Assembly: GCA_040954595.2 (NCBI GenBank)
Contig: CM082576.2
Location: 3,818,760 to 3,882,759 of the forward strand
Direction: 5' to 3'
DNA length: 64,000 nucleotides
From: Balanoglossus misakiensis
Taxonomy: Eukaryota > Animalia > Hemichordata
The notes below the pieces were generated by a model. That model did not search any database, was not told where the DNA came from, and saw nothing but the letters and a program-made list of their open reading frames with translations. This document shows positions 12,720 through 27,043 of this stretch, piece by piece. Numbering within the stretch: the first letter of the stretch is position 1; the number at the start of each line of letters is the position of its first letter. The translations under genes were made by a program, and so were the position numbers.

Positions 12720-15700
12720 ATACGCACACAGACTCGACCAAAAAAAAACCCAACTGAGTAAAGTTCTCACTACATTAAAAGCATGGCCAAAAGGCAAACA
12801 CACACATAATGGAAACAGAAAAGAAAGGTTCTGGCAAAGATTAATTAAATTATGCACATATGAAAATATATATAAAAACACAGGTGTACAAAAGAATCGG
12901 ATTGAATTCATATGGCCGTTAATTTCAGTCCCTGTTGTTAGCCAGCGAAAGGTGTCAATTTTAATTTGCTTTTTATTGGCTTCTGGGCACAGTGTCTGTG
13001 TTAATTTTGCTCGACATGCTGTGCAAACAGTTATAAGAATTATGTCAGAACTGGTAATGATTTTCGATCAAATGAAAACACTAGCTGTCAAAACAGGCAG
13101 TAAGATGTGTCAGTATGCGCCGTAGATAATCAACACAAATCCTTAAAAGGGTTACTTCTGTCATGGCTGCGGGCAACAAACCGTCTCTTCCGAGCCTTTC
13201 ACTTCCAAAATTACAAGAGTCTTTTAATTACGCGCACACCCTTGCCGACTTAAAGCTTATAATTTGTACATTAAGCATAAAAAACATCCCACAGTCCTTC
13301 GGTGACAACAACTTGCAATTGTCTTGACAGAAAGTAGAAATTTAGCATATGAAAGAAGCAGCCAGGCTTGAGTCAGTCAGTGCAGAATCTTCCATTATCC
13401 TCGTGTTAAATTAATTAAATTGGTGGAAAAAAGCGAGCAACAGAAATGAAATGGCTTGGGAGTGAGGGAGTACACTGCTTGATGGCCAAAATGCCAGGTG
13501 TAAAGGTCCAAATCCCAGATGCACACGTCATGGCAACAACACTGGGGCTGCAGCAACTTGGATGGGCAAAAAGTTGGAAAAGTTTCAAACAATGAACACA
13601 CCTGTCTTTCACGCTGCAAGGAATACCAATTTCACACAGAAGTGTGCAGACTGGTCCATAAGCAAGAAATCAAGTACTCTACAAAATACGGGATTTGGAC
13701 AACTTACAAGGAAATGATTTTGCGCAGTTTTGCACTTAAAGAAAGTATTTTCCCAAAGCAGATCACGTTCATATACATGAACACACACAAAAACATATTT
13801 CTGAATCTTTCCTTTCACTTTTTCTTTAAAAAAAAGTGTCTAATCCACCAGGCGTCCATTAAAATATAACTTTAGTACAAGGACAAAAAAATCCCCCTAA
13901 GCAGATGTAAAATATCAAGCTTTCCACTCAATTTTCTAGTCAAGTGAAATGAGAATATTAAAGTTCTACCAAAGTGTAGCCATTAGCGGAGCAAGTCGTG
14001 TAGCCAATGCTTTTATCTCCCAGTGTAGGGGTATAACCTCAATTAGTGCAGAACATCTTGGCTTTTTGCTGAGAGTACTAAGTTGTGGTTTTAATATCAA
14101 CATCATAAATTACACGGCAAGTCGAAGTCTGCGCCTTAATCCTATCTCTATCAATTCAATTTTGATGAAAAAGATATACAGTGAACAAAAAAACCAATAA
14201 AACTCTGTATACGTGTAATGGATGGTATCGAACCTTGCCTAAACGTAATAGCCGATTTTTCCCCATTCAAAACATCAATGACTTTTACAATAAAAAATTT
14301 GATAGTAATTGAAAGTCCCTCGCATTATGCGGACAGTTGGTGATTAATTTTCCTTTCCTTTCAGACACACAGAGCCTACTCAAGTACTCCGAAATTAAAA
14401 CTCAAATTTTCCATCATCGTTTTTTTGTCAACATAAATTCCCAGGAAATTTTCCAGTCTTTGCTGAGTGACGTCAATTACTCTCTCATTGGGCCTGGTAT
14501 TTCTCTCCAAATTGCCATTTTTCATCTCTATAATTTTCATAATCTAACCACAATAAACCCCTGGATTTCTAGAACTAATGTTTAAATGTACACCGTTGGA
14601 AAAAGGAGAGGGGGGCCTGATGGTCTTTCTTTCATTCGTTCTTTGCGATAGGGGGTAGAAACACCGCGAGCAAGGGATTATTTCCAATCTTCCTCTCGGG
14701 TTATTAAAGCCACTGACCGAAGCCCGTGTCACACACAAAAAGACACCAGTAAAATATTGATGACCAGAAGCCGGCAATTCATTTGATTGAATCTCATCTC
14801 TCCTCAGAAATTAAAGTTGGCACTCAAACTTCTGTTTATGTTTTTTGCAATTTTGAAAATGCCGTCCAATGGCAATTGGTCAAAGACAGGGTTTGTCACC
14901 CTGTCAATCACCCAGAGAAAGCGTGATGGAAGTGTCGATCATGTCGGCCGACTCTGGAAGGAAGGGCAAGAATATCCCCTGGTGTTGGCTTAGTGACTAG
15001 AAATTCATAAAATCAACGCATATTAGAGAGAGAAATAACAGAACGGTGATAAATGGGGCTAGAAAATAAGTATGAAAAACAGTTAAAAGTGATAAAACTA
15101 TTAGACAATCCAACAATAAAAAAAATGTCCATTACAATATTATCATACATTTATGAAGGATTATAGGCATCTCTGGGTTTCCATCCTCATTTATGATTTC
15201 ATTGATAACACAGCTATGGGAACTTTGACCTTGATGAGGTCGTTGCCATGACAGCCATCACATGTGGTTGAAAACCACTCTATATTGTGCAAGTGTGCTT
15301 CCACACAAACGAGAATTTTGCATCAGCGTCTTTTTGATGATTGAGCAATGTGACACAAGCTCCAGTCGACAGTTTCCAAAGAGATTCTTTCATTCTTCCT
15401 GTGTTTTTTCCCCAATGCTGATGAGATGTAATTAAGTGAACTGATGGAGCGTTTGAGTTTCTGACGAAAGGGTGCCATTGTTTTGGATCTGCATCCAGCT
15501 GTTGAGCGGACAGAGGTTGCTGGGAATGCATGTTTGATTTGAGAAAACTTTCAGGAGAAAAAAAAAACTGTTGCTAAGTAGAGTCAGATAATGGCACAGG
15601 AATTACAACTGTGAGGGAGTAAAAATTCATTCAGGTGACATTGTCTCTTGGGATTTGTTGGGATTTCACTTTTTTTCTTGCCCACTCACAGGCAATGAAT

Positions 15701-18700
15701 GACCATGTGAAGTCAAGCTTGGCACTTTTGTGATGGTCCGAGTCCCCTTCTCAGTCTCTTTCATATTTCTTCTTGCTTCAAACGAGAGAGTTTTTCATTC
15801 TTTTGAACTAACATTTACCCTTATTCCACAGTTGATTGTGTCGCACTTATTGGTACCCTTTGACACTCCCTTCTATTCCGACCCCTAAAAATCCAATAAC
15901 CCCCTCCCTTCCCCAAATGGGGGAGAGGGAGGGAAATGACAAGCTTAAATGTAGCATGAGATGAAAATCCCACAGCAATCAGATATCCCCACCTGCATAG
16001 ACATACTGCCATCTAAAGCCACAGTTAAGTATTCCATAATGTGAATCCAAAGCGAGACTGCTCGCAACCACTTTCGGCTGGACAGTGTTTTTTTTTTATG
16101 AAGACTATTATCTCAACTCATGCATTAAATGAAAGAGTTATCTCATGACTTTGAGTTTCTATTCATCTAATTGTTCTACTGTTAATTCTCTCTCATTATC
16201 CCGGCCATTACTGTCTGCAGATGCTTGCTTTTCATAGACCCTCTGTCTTTGACTTGCTGAAAAAACCTGGCAGTCAAACTCTAATTGGTTCTTTGTTTGC
16301 ATGGGTTTCCGTCAAAACATCGCAATTTCAGTCTGTTAGACAACCTCCCCCTCTCAGAACGTAACCGGTCTTTTGGGTCTAATAGATTTGAAAAGTTGAA
16401 ATAATTGTGCGTGTTATGAAGGGAGAAAAATGAGATTTTGGGTTGATGGATCATCTTCCCACTGACTCAGAAAGAACAGCACAAAACATGAGCTGACTAT
16501 ACCCACACGCAATTAAGCCAGCAAGTAATCTAAGATAAAAAGAAAATGCAGAAAGTGCTCGGAGCAACTTTTACATCAAAGTATTATTAAGCCATAACTA
16601 AGACAAGGACCACGGGCTACAAAGACAGATTCCCATACGTGTTTCAAATCTTGGCAAAGAGATGAAAAAGGCTAAGAACCATTCATTTCCGCCCACACTG
16701 ATCAAGACTTGCAGGGCTACTTTGAATGAAAGACAAAGTTTGTTTTCCTTCACAAGTAACGGTCCTGGTCCTATGCGACCGAAACTACACTTAGCCAGAT
16801 AGACTCTGAGGTTTCACAGACCTTTGTTGGCAGATAGTATATTGTGTCTATATGTGCTCTCTGATTGTCCCCCTACTTGAGGACACTTTTGTGCCCCTTT
16901 GGAAGTCTCACTTTATTTGACTGTGATCCGGTAACTCCCGGTACCAAGCAGTGCCGTACAATCCTTCCGCTAGTGACATCTGATCGGCTTGCGAGGCCTT
17001 CTCCACAGTTTATTCTGCCATTGTGTGGCCCACTACTAGTACAAACACAGGCCCATTGAAAATCACCAAGATCAATTGCATTTGTTCGTTCCCCATTTAT
17101 AAGGTACAATAGTTTTCGGCATTAAGCCGGGGCTGGGTACAATGGCCCGCTGGAACTGCCCCGCCATCACAATATTTTTTTCCTTGAGAGCAAACAGTTA
17201 TATTTGCTCTAAAAACACACCAAACAGTTTTGTGTCCACACACCAACTCCATTTCACCTGGGTTTCCAATAGTGCCTTTGTCCATATCTCATAAATTACT
17301 GGAGAAACAGTGTAACTACGCTGGGTGGTTTCAAGACCGAAGAAGTCTCTTTGGAGGGGAAGGACTAACCCGCTTTGGAGGGGGAGGGGGGAGAGGAAGA
17401 CCACCCGAAAATTGTCTGTGAATTTAGGGGAAGGGGGTAGCTATATGTTCAATGGTCAGGGAGAAAACAGATATCATTTTGGAGGGGTGGTGGGGAGGGG
17501 GAATGGAGAAAGCAAAGTCATTTCAGAGGGGAGGGAAGAGACTAAAGGTTCTCTGCAAGAATTAAAGGATGCTACGTTCAACCGAAATTGGACCTTGAAT
17601 GAAACTGATTAAAAAGCAGCCTTTCAATCCGATTCAATGCCTTCACCACGATGCCAGCATGAGAAACAACTGCTTACAGATTCCTTACAAGTAGCTACAT
17701 CGGATCATTCGGTCACACGAAGTATAATATCATCATGCCAATTTAATTATCCTACAGGGTTATTTCATTGCAATATCTCATTATTTTGATAAAACATGTT
17801 TGCAGGGCTCTGCTGGATGGGTACTCCTACTGTTGCCGCTTGCAAACAGACTAACACCAAGCTTTGTTCCCCCGAGACCAACCCGGCCGAGAATACGCAT
17901 TCATCCTTATTCCCTAATGAATTAACACAACACACTCCGTCTTGTTTTGCCCGATTTTTCTCCTTTGTTTGTTCTTACGAAACATCAACTCATTTACACC
18001 GCATAGTTGCTTAGAAATGGCGGTCGAAAAGTGGGGCCGAAGAAAAGACGAGCAAACAGGACCCGAAAAAAAAAAGGCAGCACTACTTCATGAATATTCA
18101 ACAAGCCACTTCAGTGGAGTACTAGAGAGGTTCCTGGCACTACCCCTTACTGTAAACCTACTCAAAGAACCAAAATAACACTAAATTGTTGACACAAGAG
18201 CCACATGAATGGCCCAACATTAATTATTTTTCGTTGGGTGAAGAATGCACGGTGAGTGGCCGGCCGGGGAGGGAACTGGGACAACACCGATCGCGCCGAG
18301 TGGTGAGGGGAGGGGGAGGTGAGGAAGGATAGAGAGAAGAGAGTCCTGGACTTGACAGGAAAACAGCCGACATGATAAACCGTAAAGATGACAACGGTGG
18401 TCCTAATTACTATCACTCTGACCATCACTTCACACAGTCATATAAATCTTGACAGCCAGAGGCAGAGGCAAAGCTTTCTGCATCTCGGCTGATTTATTGC
18501 CTCGACTTGAAACGACTTCTCATCAGACCCAATCTGATTGTTCACTCTCTCGGCTCTCAAGAGTGAAATTCTGAAAGTCTGGAATTTAGCCCGATTTTGA
18601 TTAGAAAATGGCAGGCCTGGCTTAAAAAAATGTCGGTGGATAGGTTTGAGGGGGGAAGGGAAGCAATGTGTGATAGATAAGTTTCATCCAATTTGTTTGT

Positions 18701-21640
18701 GGAGAAACTGGATCAAAGTACGGACGTAGGCCATTGGCTATCTTGATGTAATATTACAAATCTGACGGTGAAAAGTGAGAAGTTGGATTCTTTGGGTGAA
18801 AGAGACACACTAAACTGTATTTCTTCGTCATTAATCATTTTTTTCACTGGTAGCGTGGAGCCAGCCATAAAATTAACATCAAACAGCTCACATTTTTCCT
18901 TTTATATGCTCTCCCTTTTCCCCCCCACTTTCGCTCTGGCACACCAAATCACAGAGAAAAAAATAGCATCAAGCATGGGCGTTGTACTAAAATATCCGTC
19001 GGGAATCAGGTGCTGGTCCCTCCACAACTCGCTTTTCAAATAAATTCATCAACATCAAAATAAGATGAGCCATAATTTGTGGCCACCTTATTCGTTGCTA
19101 CACGCCGGCCCGATCTTGTACTGCCTGTAGTTTCTTGTTCTACAGCAGAGATTAAAGCCTCTATTACACCTTCGCATCTCTTGAACTTTGGAGACCTTAC
19201 ATGTACTGCTGGGGAAAGAGTCAAACGCACAAAACACTTTGTTGGTGTTTCTTTACAGCTCTCCTACCAGGAATGTAATGCCTTGCATTATTGCTCGGGT
19301 ATCACTGTATTATAGCCACACACACTACCCCACAGCTCCCACAAGACACCGCCGGTATCATTTAGCTACTGTTAAAAAACAGAGCCAACGCCAGGCAAGG
19401 TGGAAATACCGGCGGATGGATGTCGGATGGATGGATGTCGCGGGGGAGGCCAATCATGTTTGAAAACATCCAAAGCTTTTGTTATTAGAGACGTACTGCA
19501 AAGTTTTAGTGCTCTCTCCATCAGTGTGACATGCGACTGCCAGCAGACGATTGAATACACACTTGCGATCTGCCAGTGCGACTTCCCACTATTCCTATCA
19601 AAAGGAACACGTGTCGGCACTGTCCCCAGTGCGGCTGGAATTTGCACCTTATCCAGTGTCAAACGCTCTCCTGGTGAGCCAAAATCTAGCCAGAAATTCA
19701 CTGATAGCACAGGGGGAAAATAAAAAGCAAGGCCAGAGAGTACACCAAAGTAGCGTGTTTATACTTTCTCAGCCAAAGTTGAAACTTGCTGCCAGCTCCC
19801 GAGTTATTCATTTAAAGTTTGGCCGTTTCTTAACGCTTTGTTTAAAATACAAACAGAAAGGCCTCCCTGTACAAAACTTACAGCAAAAGAGTTTCACAGA
19901 AGAAACAACAACAAAAAAGCGAAATCTCTCCTTGAGGGATATTCAGTGTTTGCGTTGGAACAATGAAGACCACGCCATCTCTTTTGGTGCAGTACTAATG
20001 CCCACAGTGGATGGAATTAAATTCAATTTGCACATTCCTGGACTCTTTCAAAGTAGACTTGGCATAGTTTTCGTCAAGAATACTCGGACAGATTTCGTGA
20101 TTTTTAATTCAAATGAAGCATGGTATTTTACTTACAAAAAATGAAAGCTGACACAAAACTAAAAACTTCTTGCTTTAGATACAAAAAACAGTGCAAAGTT
20201 TGTTGTGCTGTCCAAAATGAAAAGTTGAGGCTGCATATCAGGGGATAGATGAATTTTCAAGCTCCAAATTAAAGGACCCTACATTTTCCATTGATTATAT
20301 CTGAACGGAAAACAGCAATTTTATTTACGGATCTAATTAAAGTCCATGATTGGTGAGGAGAGTTGAGGGTGGACCCTCAAATTCCCAACATAAAAAGTGA
20401 AAAATTTAATCACGAATGCTCGGGTTCAATCTTGAAATGTCAAAGTATGCAATTAAGGGGGGTGGGACATTTCCTGGAGCATGCCAGGCACATACATTAG
20501 CCGCATGGCCTTGGACGGGCTGTCTACAAGAAACGGTTTGGCTCGGGATCTGGTGTCTTTTTAATGACACCAGTCCCATGCTCATCCTCTACCCTGAGGA
20601 AATTTAAAACTCTCTACATTAATGTTTGAAACCCAAGATACTTCCCTTTGACAACAAATTCGACTTCCGCACTACTTCCTTCATTAAAATGGCGTCTAAA
20701 TTTAGCCCCAGTATGTATACCTCTCCTCCGTTGCAGACACCAGGAGAACTCCGGGGCTCCTGGCTTATATTTTCCCCCCTTTTTTGACTGAAAAATTAGG
20801 CAAACTATTTTTTTTACCCTTTCCTGCTTTCGGGAATTTCTGACTGAGGTAATCATGTACTGGAGACTAAGTTAATACATACTAGTTAAGGTTATTGGGT
20901 ATCATTAATTAACCCATCACAATTGATCAGACGGATGCAAAGTAGAGTCGGTGTATTGGGATGCTCACAACTATCATAGTAGAAATTCCAGAGGACAATG
21001 TAGCTTAGAAGCTCCGTAATCAATCAAACTGCCACACAGTTTCACTCGCTGGGGACCCGACAACAACTCAGTCGACGATCCCCTCTTACGACTTTCCACT
21101 TCCAAATAGCCGCTAATCATTGTGTCTGTGCTGCCTGGTCACTTTCCATTGAGAGGAGGGAGGGGGGGGGGGGTTAGAATTAACATGGAGAATTTTTTTT
21201 CTTCAAATTATGAGATGGTCAGACAAGCCTTTTTCCTTTCAAGTTTAAGGTGGCATTGCCTAGCTGGGATACAGAAAATTCTCCAGACCATCAAAAAAGA
21301 TTTGACACTTTCACATATGTTTGCTCTTGTCCTCCCCCGATATTATTCAGTTATGCAAAGTGGGACCCATGTAGAATTGAAAACCAAACGCTGGGTATAT
21401 TTGCATGCACAATTTAAAAAGCAAGCAGTTTGAATCAGATTAGTCACAACCACAACAAGGGCTGTCAGAGATATCAGTAGGCCAGCACTGTCAAAACATT
21501 CACTTACTTCAATAAACAACCTCAAATTACAGCTAATTAAAAAGTAATCAGCTGTTGGGAGGAGAATGCCATCAACACTAACAATCAACACTTAACAGCA
21601 AAATCATTAAGTAAAACAAGAGGAGATGAGAAGCTCTTAC

Positions 21641-21717
21641 CAGTTATTAACTTGAAGTATAGTAAGCCCTGTGTCATTTGCTAATTGTTTCTTTTGTTCT
21701 TCTGATGGGTAGGGATG
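21641..21717 (-). CDS. Meis: Meis exon 9, homeodomain ([26 protein letters not shown])
   Basis: 77 nt with ttgcag/GTAAGA boundaries. Contains the TALE PYP loop. Not in the ORF track; found by hand translation. Confidence 0.97.
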
Positions 21718-24700
21718 CTGCAAATCAAAGACAAGATAGATAGCACCATTAGTTCTGCAATTACTCTACACTTAAGGTACAATACAGCCCTGGATTGCCT
21801 TTGCAAATCCCTCTGAATACTCGCCATGCTCACTCGTCTCTCACACCTTTGAGTCACACCTCATCCTGCTTTAACGCCCGCTGCACAATTTGAAAACTCA
21901 ACTGCGGCACCAAAGTTTCTCAAACTCAAAAGAAGTTACTTTTTCTCAGCTCCCGATTTTGACGGTTTGTAAGCAAACTGGGCAGTGTTTTTCAATCGTT
22001 CTAGTTCCACAAAGTTTATAGTGTTTTATTTTGTCGGGGATGATATTCCAACTATCTGTTTTCACTTTTGTCTCATTGCAAAAACACTGGAATTTATTAG
22101 TTGGGTGTCTAATTTACAGGTATCACTCCCTGTATTGTCTGTTAGTAATTGATGGCACAGACAGACCCAATGCCTTCTGTTTGAAATGAAATTAAAAGAA
22201 AACCCAAAGGGTGTACTGAATGGTAAATGTAACAACTGACTGAGCTGGCAGGTGAGACAGTGTAACCTTCTTTTGTCATTCAAGCCAAGAAGTTTCAGAA
22301 TTCCCATCCCCTTTTATAGACCAAGGCCGAGACGATCTGTATCCATTCAACAAAGTAGAAAAGATCTTTTTAACCCAACCACACCAGAAAACAATTCTCC
22401 CTTTTTCATACTGCGGGGTTTGACATCAAATATAGTAATCAAAGTATAACAGCTAACTGTGAATATATGAATATGTCTTTGAAATATTAATGCCATCTCC
22501 TCTAGGTTCAGTCTCCTACTCTGTCGAATTGATGAATATTTCATCTCGTGTGTGGGATGTGCATCGTGTGAATGTGGCCATGGTTTGTTTTTCCTTCCCT
22601 TTTTCTATAGTTGTTAATCTGGAGAAAGCCTTGTGTGTGTGCGCTAGTGTCAATGCAATGAACTTGGGCGAACTGTCAGGGGAATTCAGAGAAAACACCT
22701 CTACCTCTGATGAGTTTGCCTTAGTGCGAAAATTAGCAAATTAGATACACTAAATTGAGCGGACAAATTGATCTGGGTGTGCACTTCATCCTGATTGTGT
22801 GTTGTGTGTTGGTCGGGGATAATATTTGAGCGGGTTCCAGGAGAAGGTGTCAACAGTGAGAGGAATATCCGGCTACAAATGAAACGATCAATAACCCGGC
22901 CTGCCATGATGTTGTGATATTTAGATTAAATTTAGTGACTCTATTCCGAGGGAAATTTCTATGCAATTTCGTGCTAGATTCTGAGGCGATACAGCACTCT
23001 CGCGGACAAACACAAAAACCGCCAGCATTGCACTGCGATTTGTCGCTGGCTCAAGTTTTGAATTGTGGCAGTAAAACGTCAACTGCATTGTGGTCTACGG
23101 AAAAACTGCAATATAAATGTGTGATGGTCTCATAATTTTTCACCCATGATCAGTCACACAGCTACTGAAGAAATATTTCCTTTCCACTGAATTCTACGTG
23201 AAGAATTGTGAAATTAAATCTACAAGCTTTTGGCTACACTTGTGCAGAGAAGAATTATTATCAGATTTGACAAATGGGCATGAATTGATAAGAAAATGAA
23301 AATGCAAAATGAAGTAAGAGGGCAAAAAAAAATAGTGAGACTGAGACCAAAATGTTCCACTGAAGTGACAGAGAAGGTGGGTGTCAAAAGTACAGCAAAC
23401 TGTTAAGGGAGAAATAAAAAAGAAATAAAAGACAAAAAGCACAAAATTTGAAAATTTGTCAAAGTACGAAATAATATAACATAATATAAATGAAGGGCTG
23501 TGGCCACTGGAAAAAAAACTCACACAAATATATCTTGACATGCTATTCTTCAGGGAAAAAAGTAATTTCTTGCCAGAAAGAAAAGAATAATTTTGCTTTC
23601 TCAACCGATTTTTCTGAAATCTCCTTTTCATCATAGCTAGTCAATCCATCCAATCAATAAAAGGGGCCTTTCATTTTATAAGATGACACTTTGTATACTT
23701 GATGAGACAGTTAGTAAAATTGTACTATTTTGATTTTTTTGTGCGTCCTTTCTTCTCCCCATCTACACTTATTGAATGCTTCAAACACCGCTCCACTCCA
23801 GAGCATAAGATTATGCAAATCAGCAGTTGCCACGGCAACCCCAGAGTATCCTCATCACACCTCTTCTATTCAGCGTGAGTGTGAGGAGAAGTGGATCTAT
23901 AAAATGAGGCAAGGTGTTGAAAAAATACCTGCGACTGCTAACGAGGAAGAGAGAGAGAGGGCCAGGGGAAGGAACCGGCAACTTTGTTAAAGCTGTCCTC
24001 ACCCACAGAAACACTCTGTTTTTCTTGAGCAAACTTTCCGCCTCACTTTTCTTTCAAAAATCAGTCAGTTTGTTAGCATAACCTGCTGATTTATCTCTTC
24101 TCCTGTATGTGGCCTTTTATGAAAAATAAACACGGCTGTCCTGGTGTGTTGACACTACACTGTTGGTCTAGACTGATTTGTGGTGCTCTGTGGCCATCAA
24201 TTAGCCTCTGCATTGTCTACAAACAGAAGTGGTCCCCAAAAAATAACACCGGCATAATGGTGTTAATGTAGTACACAAACAAATAACCTAATCTAGCCTC
24301 ACTCAATGGCCAGTGTTTATCTGTCCTAAGTACACTTGGGCTGCCAACCCCAAGGACCTTCTGGTTCGGTCTCTAACTGTCCACCCAATTCTTGACCTTT
24401 GCTGGGTCACCTCATTCATTTGCCCAGTCTGTATACAGGTGTCATCAAAAAGAGACAATTAATTTGCAAAAACATTCCTGCTGACTGCAATTTGTGCAAA
24501 CTCAAATTAAATATGATCAAACGGAAGAAGATTGCGAAAAAATATAACCTCCCACCAAAAGGAATTTCTGCATGAAAAGATGAACCTTCTGTTCGACAAA
24601 CAAATCATTCTAAAAATACATTTTTTGGGGTCTCTCACTAGATTTGGCAGCAATATATCTTCAGGCGGGTTGTAATTTACAACGTGGGTCAACATTGCGA

Positions 24701-26897
24701 GCTCATTTACACTCTGCTTTTATTGAATAGACCAAGCAATGACAAAATAATCAGAACAAAAATGCCAATATTTAGTCCATAATTACAACAATATTTGAGA
24801 GGCGCATAGCTGACAGTTGATTCTATTATTATTATTTAATACCAGAAGTTCTCAAAATAGCTTTGGAATTAAGAATGTAATCTGAGAAACCAAATTTTTT
24901 TTGCTTTCCAACCCAGAGTGGCTGAAGACAGATTGCCTTATGATGTTTATTGTGAAGTTAAAATGTGATGGAGATGGCTTAGTGCAAATGACTACTGCCA
25001 TGATGACAATTAACACTATAATTCGACTTAAATAAAATATTTCTCCTCTTAAAACAGAATCTTGTTATTAAGTCATAATAAATGAATTTGTGAATTTTTC
25101 CCCCTTATTTCATGGCAGGATTACCATAGTTACTGCTGATTCTGACAAACATAGTCCAACTTTGTCAACAAATGATATGGCGATACTCCCCTTTCATTCA
25201 TCTAATGCAGCTGAACTTTGAGAATTTTTTTTCGTGCTTGCAAAATTTTGCAGAAATGAAAAAAAATCAGCCAAAGCAGAGATTCCTAAATTGCTTGGGT
25301 CTGCGAGTCAAAAAGTTACTCATCGAGAAAATTTCTGAAAGGTATCAATGAAACTGCTTGCCACCTTTCAAGAAGACATTCTATTACTTTTCAGTGAATC
25401 CATTTTTTCCAAAGGCCACCAGAAGTCTGTTCCACATAGCTCAGGTGAACACAAAGTCTGTCCTCAGCTTAGAGATCAGCACTCATTTCAATAATACCCA
25501 TGTGGAACTGTTCAAATGAGGCAAAGCAAGCATTGTCAGCCTTTCAGTGATGGTTCAGAAATGCCTCACAAAAAGAGGAGTCATGTAATTTTCGTCGGGT
25601 ATCAAGTCTTTAGGTGGCGGGCCTGAATACTGGATTCCGAGCACAAAGCCTGTGATTGGGTACGGCACCGAAAGTAGAGTTGGCAATTTACAGGGAAAGT
25701 TACCTGCTTCCTCTTTTCATTTTCCTTCATCTGAATTTTTTCCCCCCGAAACTCATCCATCACCTGTTCCCTTTTCAGCACTGTCAAAGACGGCACAATT
25801 TAGCCAATCTGCCTGGAATGGGCATTATTCGAGGCATTTTCCACTCAGCCGAGACCCCTTGCACCCAGCACGCTATAAATTTCTCCAACCCCGCAGCTGG
25901 CTTCGCTGTCAGTTTAAAAATACACAGGGCCAATTGCTGGGAGAGTTTGCCACCATAAATCAATGTGGCAGGGGTCAGAAAGATCAGGCTTCCAAATTGC
26001 ATAATGGCTGTTTGTCGTTCTGTCTTCAGTATTAGGCCTACAACAACATGGCGAATTCCGTTACTTTGCGAAATCTCCAGGCGCTCCGAAGTGCCGTCCA
26101 GAGATTCGCTGTGTCAGATACAGTGTTAAAGGGCCGCCACAGACAACCACGCTGTTATCAAACATATTGTCTCTTTTTTTTTAACCACGAGTGAAAAAAG
26201 CCACTAATGTTTTCGTCGACACACTGCCAAAAGCAATGTTTGGCTTTATAGAGTTCACAGTCTGACATCTTACATCCAAGATGACAGCCATGTCACTGAT
26301 ATGTGACCCACAACACGATGAACCAAGGGTTTGCCTCAACTTAAGTTTTGTTTGATCGAATTATTTCCAATCTGAACATTCAGCATATTTCTAAATTGCA
26401 AAAAAAATTGAGCGTTCCCTTGATCCCTACCACAAAATTGAAACAAATGTCAACACATTTCAATTGAAAACAAGTACGCGTCCTAGGCTATTGGTCTGTG
26501 TAACTTAATATTGAGATAATTTACCATTTCAAAATAAATTTCTCTGTGTTTATGTTACAATCAAAGAAATTTATGTGGGTGACACTCAACTCTCCCATTC
26601 ACTGAGATTTGGGTTTCAGTGACACCTCTCGTCAAAAGAGTATTACTTTTCTAACAGGACACCAATGATGCTGGAGATCTCACTGAAGTGAAAGACAGGA
26701 ACAGTTGTCTGTGTTGGAAAGTTGGGATGTGTTTAATTTGTTTAGTGTGGTTGATTTGGCTAGTCTTCATTTCCACCTTCTGGTTTATCGTGACACACGG
26801 GCAAACTGGTACAGGCGTAAAATGTAAATGTGTGTCATCACAGAAAATGGCGGGAAAAATTATTGCAATTATAGTCTGCATCCAAAGTGAAACTTAC

Positions 26898-27043
26898 TGT
26901 GAGGTGTTGGAAGAGCCATGCCCTCATGATGTTAGTGGCTGCTTTGGGGAAAATGCCTCGTTTCTTGTTTTTCCTGCTGTTGTCATCGTTGTCTTCTTCA
27001 CCCGTGCCTTCCCCAGAGCCGATGCTGTTATCCACACCTCCAT
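26898..27043 (-). CDS. Meis: Meis exon 8, homeodomain start ([14 protein letters not shown]...[23 protein letters not shown])
   Basis: ttttcag acceptor, ACA|GTAAGT donor, 146 nt. MEIS homeodomain N-terminal arm and helix 1. Confidence 0.97.

Noticed and set aside
17081-17091. TTTGTTCGTTC matching the 5' half of miR-375
   Set aside because: The 3' half does not match and there is no precursor hairpin.
19551-20144. Longest ORF in the track (197 aa, +)
   Set aside because: Non-ATG start, intronic, no recognisable domain; consistent with chance.
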